A stretch of 64,000 nt of DNA from a virus: positions 15,834 through 79,833 of IMG/VR virus record IMGVR_UViG_3300015263_000719; one strand, written 5' to 3'. Shown here one piece after another: positions 61,050 to 64,000 of this stretch (positions within the stretch are counted from its first letter, which is position 1; each line of letters begins with the position of its first letter). The notes under the pieces are model-generated. The model was not told where the DNA came from. It worked only from the letters and a program-made list of their open reading frames with translations, and searched no databases. A program made the position numbers and the translations under genes.

Positions 61050-61080
61050 TTGATAGTTTATGAAAAATTACTTAACTTTG
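61050..61080 (+). promoter_or_regulatory. Bacteroidota-type promoter driving the ncRNA locus
   Basis: TTG-N20-TAACTTTG, followed by about 1 kb with no ORF of 60 aa or more. Confidence 0.8.
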
Positions 61081-61113
61081 TACTTCAAAACCCCAACTAA
61101 TTTAAACAAAAAC

Positions 61114-61282
61114 GTTGAATTAAATGATCAGATGGATGAAAGGTGCAGTAGGAACCACCATGTTGTATCTCCACAAGATACTCAGCCCTTCAGTTCATGA
61201 CAAAAGATTAATACTTATTATGTGGATAATAATATTAATCAAATGGTGTAAGTAATCCATATAATAAGCTGTTTAATTCAAT
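61114..61282 (+). ncRNA. Structured RNA domain A (multi-branch)
   Basis: Closing helix GTTGAATTAAAT/GTTTAATTCAAT. Internal stems: ATGGATGAAAGG/CCCTTCAGTTCAT, GTATCT/AGATAC, GATTAATACTTATTAT/ATAATAATATTAATC. Confidence 0.6.
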
Positions 61283-61290
61283 AAAGAAAT

Positions 61291-61587
61291 CATGTTAAAC
61301 TGGGAAACTCCAGTAAAGAAGAGTGATAGTATCAGTTTAAAGCTGTTGTTTTGGCAGGTACTTTTTAATCGCATAATTAGATGAGTAAATATTTCTACTG
61401 GGAGGTGGGATATTATACATTGTAATGATTTTTAAATACACTCGGTTTTAAGTTGAAAGTCTGTTTGTTGTGAGATAGAGTCTTGTTTGATTCTTCGCAC
61501 GGTCAGCAGGAGTTTTGTTGATTATCTGGCAAAAGAGTCAGGTATCAGCATATTATCACTTAGGTCTTTATTTTCACAGTTTACATG
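61291..61587 (+). ncRNA. Structured RNA domain B (about 300 nt, ornate multi-branch)
   Basis: Nested long-range helices CATGTTAAACTG/CAGTTTACATG, TAAAGA/TCTTTA and AGTGATAGTAT/ATATTATCACT enclose at least five hairpins rich in G-U pairs; ends 3 nt before a tRNA-like 5' end. Confidence 0.65.
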
Positions 61588-61590
61588 GTC

Positions 61591-61844
61591 GCTAGGATAG
61601 CTCAATTGGTAGAGCACCTGGTCTGCTTTTTTCATCAGAAATGTAAGTTAATTATTTATTGTTGTGAGAACATCTGAATCCATAAGGGGTTGTGGGCAAT
61701 GTTCACAAATAGATAAAGATTAACTTAGTTTTTGGTGTTAGATAAGTTCAAGCTGAACATACTATGTGAAAACTAGTATTGGGAAGCTAGATTCTTATCG
61801 TTGGTTAGACCAGGAGGTTGCAGGTTCAAGTCTTGCTCCTAGCA
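61591..61844 (+). tRNA. tRNA-like gene 1, with a 188-nt structured insert replacing the anticodon loop; identity undetermined
   Basis: Acceptor GCTAGGA/TCCTAGC + A73; D arm GCTC-AATTGGTA-GAGC; stem CCTGG/CCAGG; variable loop AGGTT; T arm GCAGG-TTCAAGT-CTTGC; no encoded CCA. Confidence 0.8.
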
Positions 61845-61949
61845 CTTATTTTAAAAATACTCCTCACACTTATTAATATATCTTGGTTAATTGGACATTG
61901 GCTGTTCCAAAAACCGTTTTAAGTAGATTAGATTAATTTGAGAGAGGAA

Positions 61950-62085
61950 GAGGTGATAGCATTATGGTTCAATGCATTCTTTTGATTGAAGTGGTGTTAG
62001 TTTTCATATACCTTTTAATAGCGATTCTCTATTCTTATGACTTCATGATAGAGAAAGATTTGCAGGTTCAAATCCTGCCACCTCA
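61950..62085 (+). tRNA. tRNA-like gene 2, with a 69-nt branched insert in the anticodon arm; identity uncertain (TT-GAT follows the stem)
   Basis: Acceptor GAGGTG/CACCTC (6 bp); D arm GCAT-TATGGTTCA-ATGC; stem TTCTT/GAGAA; T arm GCAGG-TTCAAAT-CCTGC; followed by a T run. Confidence 0.7.
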
Positions 62086-62109
62086 TTTTTTTCATTAAAT
62101 AAAAATTCC

Positions 62110-62721
62110 ATGAGACAAATTATAATAATGATTTGTGTACTATTTATATTAATGTTTACAAGCATTAGAGATACTGCACATGTCACTTACACATACACAG
62201 CACCAGTTGTTGAGTATTGTGAAAACAAGTGGTCAAAGCTGGACACTTTGACTGCAATTCCTATTAATGACACTGAAGATTTTATTGAGTATTATGATGT
62301 AATATTCAGATATGTTGCTGAAAAGACAGGACTATCTGAAGCATTTATATATGCTTATTTTGTTATTGAAACAGCAGACAGACATGGTAAAAGAGCCAAT
62401 TCTGAGTTGTGGAGATATCACAATAATCCAGGTGGTATTAAATGGAAATCATTTTTATCAGATAAGATTGTTAAATATGAAGATGATTGCTTTGATGAGA
62501 ATGGTAATGAAATAGACTGTAAATTTGCATCATTTAATACTATAAAAGAAGGTATAGATGCATGGTTACTGGTCTTTAATGCAAATAGATATGATAGATG
62601 TAAAAACTTGCCTCTCAAGGAAACATGTAAGTGTTTCCGTGATAGGAAATATCATTCATCACCTAGATATTTGCATCGGTATTTACTTGCTGAAGAGTAT
62701 AACTCTTTGGTAATTAGATAA
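62110..62721 (+). CDS. GH73 glucosaminidase/muramidase with an N-terminal signal anchor (candidate endolysin)
   Basis: A...IET...HNNPGGIK...FASF.TIKEGI...RY pattern; hydrophobic N-terminus. Confidence 0.75.
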   Translation: MRQIIIMICVLFILMFTSIRDTAHVTYTYTAPVVEYCENKWSKLDTLTAIPINDTEDFIEYYDVIFRYVAEKTGLSEAFIYAYFVIETADRHGKRANSELWRYHNNPGGIKWKSFLSDKIVKYEDDCFDENGNEIDCKFASFNTIKEGIDAWLLVFNANRYDRCKNLPLKETCKCFRDRKYHSSPRYLHRYLLAEEYNSLVIR

Positions 62722-62738
62722 TTACTAAATTTCCACAT

Positions 62739-63002
62739 ATGGAAACAAATATAATCTCCCATAGACCAAAAGTGGCTATGAGAGACAGAGTTATTTGTAA
62801 AATTGAAAACATAGATGAGATTACAAGTCAGGCTAATTATAATGGTAATGTAATACCGTTATTTACTACATTTGGTGGAGCAAGACTGTATCCAGAAGGA
62901 CATAGAGATTATAAAGATGATCTTGAAGATGTTTATCTGGAATATATTGTTGTATCATTTCCTGATACACCAATTTGGAAGACAATTAGATTGTCACTTT
63001 AA
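62739..63002 (+). CDS. Hypothetical protein (87 aa)
   Basis: ORF in the operon. Confidence 0.55.
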   Translation: METNIISHRPKVAMRDRVICKIENIDEITSQANYNGNVIPLFTTFGGARLYPEGHRDYKDDLEDVYLEYIVVSFPDTPIWKTIRLSL

Positions 63003-63031
63003 TAATTTTTTAAAACTTAATATATTATTAT

Positions 63032-63301
63032 ATGTTGGTTTTTCATGATACAGATGGTCATATTCTTATTACAGTAGAACAGCAAAATTTAGATAAATGT
63101 GTAGCTGTTATGGAAAAGTATGATCAAGGTACATTAAAATGGAATGGTAAACTGATTGGTAACATGACAGTTAGCCATATATATAATTGTAAAAATTATA
63201 TCAGAACACGTTGGAAAACTACATCCTTATCACAAGTTTGGCTTGATATCTTTGATGCAGAGATAAAAGCTAGAATGAGAAAGATTGTAAAGAGAAGATA
63301 A
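63032..63301 (+). CDS. Hypothetical phage protein (W...I..M...HI.NC motif)
   Basis: ORF in the operon. Confidence 0.6.
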   Translation: MLVFHDTDGHILITVEQQNLDKCVAVMEKYDQGTLKWNGKLIGNMTVSHIYNCKNYIRTRWKTTSLSQVWLDIFDAEIKARMRKIVKRR

Positions 63302-63324
63302 GGCGTTTTTATACATATATTGTC

Positions 63325-63352
63325 TAAGGGAGTTACTACGGTAACTCCTTTA
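63325..63352 (+). terminator. Stable cUACGg-capped hairpin directly 5' of tRNA-like gene 3 (terminator or processing signal)
   Basis: TAAGGGAGTTAC-TACG-GTAACTCCTTTA. Confidence 0.55.
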
Positions 63353-63366
63353 ATTGGTCTCATAGC

Positions 63367-63762
63367 TCAACTGGATAGAGCATGGGTTTTCTTGAGAATC
63401 AACTGATTATGGTGTTCAAGACGGTGACAATTAGAGCATAATAATATGCATTTATCAAGCTCTTGTTGTATTTTGGCTTTACTTTTGAGTCTAAGCTTAG
63501 ACCACTCAGCATCTTTTTCTTCTGGATTAAGATGATGAAAGTCAAATATACAATAGTTATCATTAGTACCTTCAAGGTTACAGCGATCACATTTGTTACC
63601 TAAATAAATAATAGCATCTATTTTACGTTGAATCCAACGTTTTATACATCTATTATTAAAACATTGTTTACAGTAGCTCATCACTCCTTGTGAATGAGTG
63701 GATGATTTATAGAAATCATCAGTGCTTTTAGTGATTTTGCAATCTATACATTTCTTTTCCAT
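63367..63762 (-). CDS. HNH homing endonuclease with Zn-finger motifs, inside the tRNA gene on the opposite strand
   Basis: CIDC..CKQC, CDRC, FDFHHLNP and KCILLCSNCHRLEH; the stop codon falls in the tRNA D arm. Confidence 0.88.
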   Translation of the reverse strand: MEKKCIDCKITKSTDDFYKSSTHSQGVMSYCKQCFNNRCIKRWIQRKIDAIIYLGNKCDRCNLEGTNDNYCIFDFHHLNPEEKDAEWSKLRLKSKAKIQQELDKCILLCSNCHRLEHHNQLILKKTHALSS

Positions 63763-63766
63763 CTTG

Positions 63767-63797
63767 TAAAGATAAGAAGAATTGTTTAGAAATCCTA
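63767..63797 (-). promoter_or_regulatory. Probable promoter for the HNH gene, inside the tRNA insert
   Basis: Minus strand TAG-N20-TATCTTTA, the same -7 variant as at 20255, 4 nt before the ATG. Confidence 0.5.
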
Positions 63798-64000
63798 ATT
63801 CTAATCACACTATTTTCAAGAAACCCAAGGTTGTAGGTTCGAGTCCTACTGGGATCACAAGAGTCACTTGAGATTAACTAGTATAGTGACAGTCCTTGGA
63901 AGAGTTAAGCTTCATGAAGGAACCTGTAGACCTAGGCTGGTCTACCAGACTGAGTAGGAAAAAATTAGATCCGAGAGGGCAGACACTAAATAGCTGTGAA

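Larger units (their letters stand above)
63356..63857 (+). tRNA. tRNA-Arg(TCT) interrupted by a 428-nt insert (63393-63820) that contains an antisense HNH gene
   Basis: GGTCTCA/TGGGATC + A73; GCTC-AACTGGATA-GAGC (A20 Arg determinant); TGGGT/ACCCA; GTAGG-TTCGAGT-CCTAC. Removing 63393-63820 gives the canonical loop TT-TCT-AA. Confidence 0.8.

Noticed and set aside
61291-61587. RNase P RNA
   Set aside because: GAAAGTC is present, but the GAGGAAAGUCC and 3' ACAGAA...GGCUUA P4 signatures are absent
57200-61600. CRISPR array
   Set aside because: Hairpins are unique in sequence and there are no regularly spaced identical repeats
61591-61844. tmRNA or ochre-suppressor tRNA
   Set aside because: It has a full D arm, no G3-U70 pair and no convincing tag ORF or pseudoknots. 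A TTA anticodon arises only from an arbitrary splice that leaves C33
63393-63820. Canonical group I intron or archaeal bulge-helix-bulge intron
   Set aside because: Junction bases fit group I, but no P7/J8-7 core was recognisable and the space is taken by the HNH ORF and promoter. The junction helix has no 3-4-3 bulge geometry. Not excluded without cmsearch
1-64000. Stop-codon reassignment (TAG or TGA), known in some crAss-like phages
   Set aside because: TerL, portal, MCP and fibre genes are intact under code 11, and TAA, TAG and TGA all end tightly packed genes

Overview
The window is about 64 kb of an AT-rich crAss-like (Crassvirales-type) phage genome, read in the standard genetic code. 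The host is probably Bacteroidota, because several TTG-N20-TAnnTTTG promoters are present. Positions 1-54.7 kb (minus strand) hold the late/virion module. In transcription order it contains: HTH, HU/IHF and GroES-like genes; membrane and spanin-like genes; terminase large subunit, portal, scaffold-like protein, major capsid, portal-vertex/ring and auxiliary capsid proteins; fibre and spike genes including an Asp-box sialidase-like spike; a Tad1-like anti-Thoeris sponge with its own promoter; holin-like genes; a phosphoesterase/PD-(D/E)XK cassette; tail ring and muzzle proteins; and large ejected cargo proteins. The last cargo protein carries a zincin HExxH motif, runs off the window, and appears joined to the upstream ORF by a -1 frame change. 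After a divergent promoter pair at about 54.8 kb, the plus strand carries small early-type genes separated by long hairpins, a G/C-homopolymer island, a PRTase and a GH73 muramidase. The most unusual part is 61.05-64 kb. A host-type promoter drives about 1 kb of ORF-free, multi-branched RNA. Three tRNA-shaped genes have recognisable acceptor, D and T arms, but each anticodon loop is replaced by a large insert (188, 69 and about 435 nt between the anticodon-stem strands). The third insert carries an antisense HNH endonuclease gene with its own promoter. All product calls come from motif recognition and synteny, and all RNA pairings were found by eye; no searches were run.
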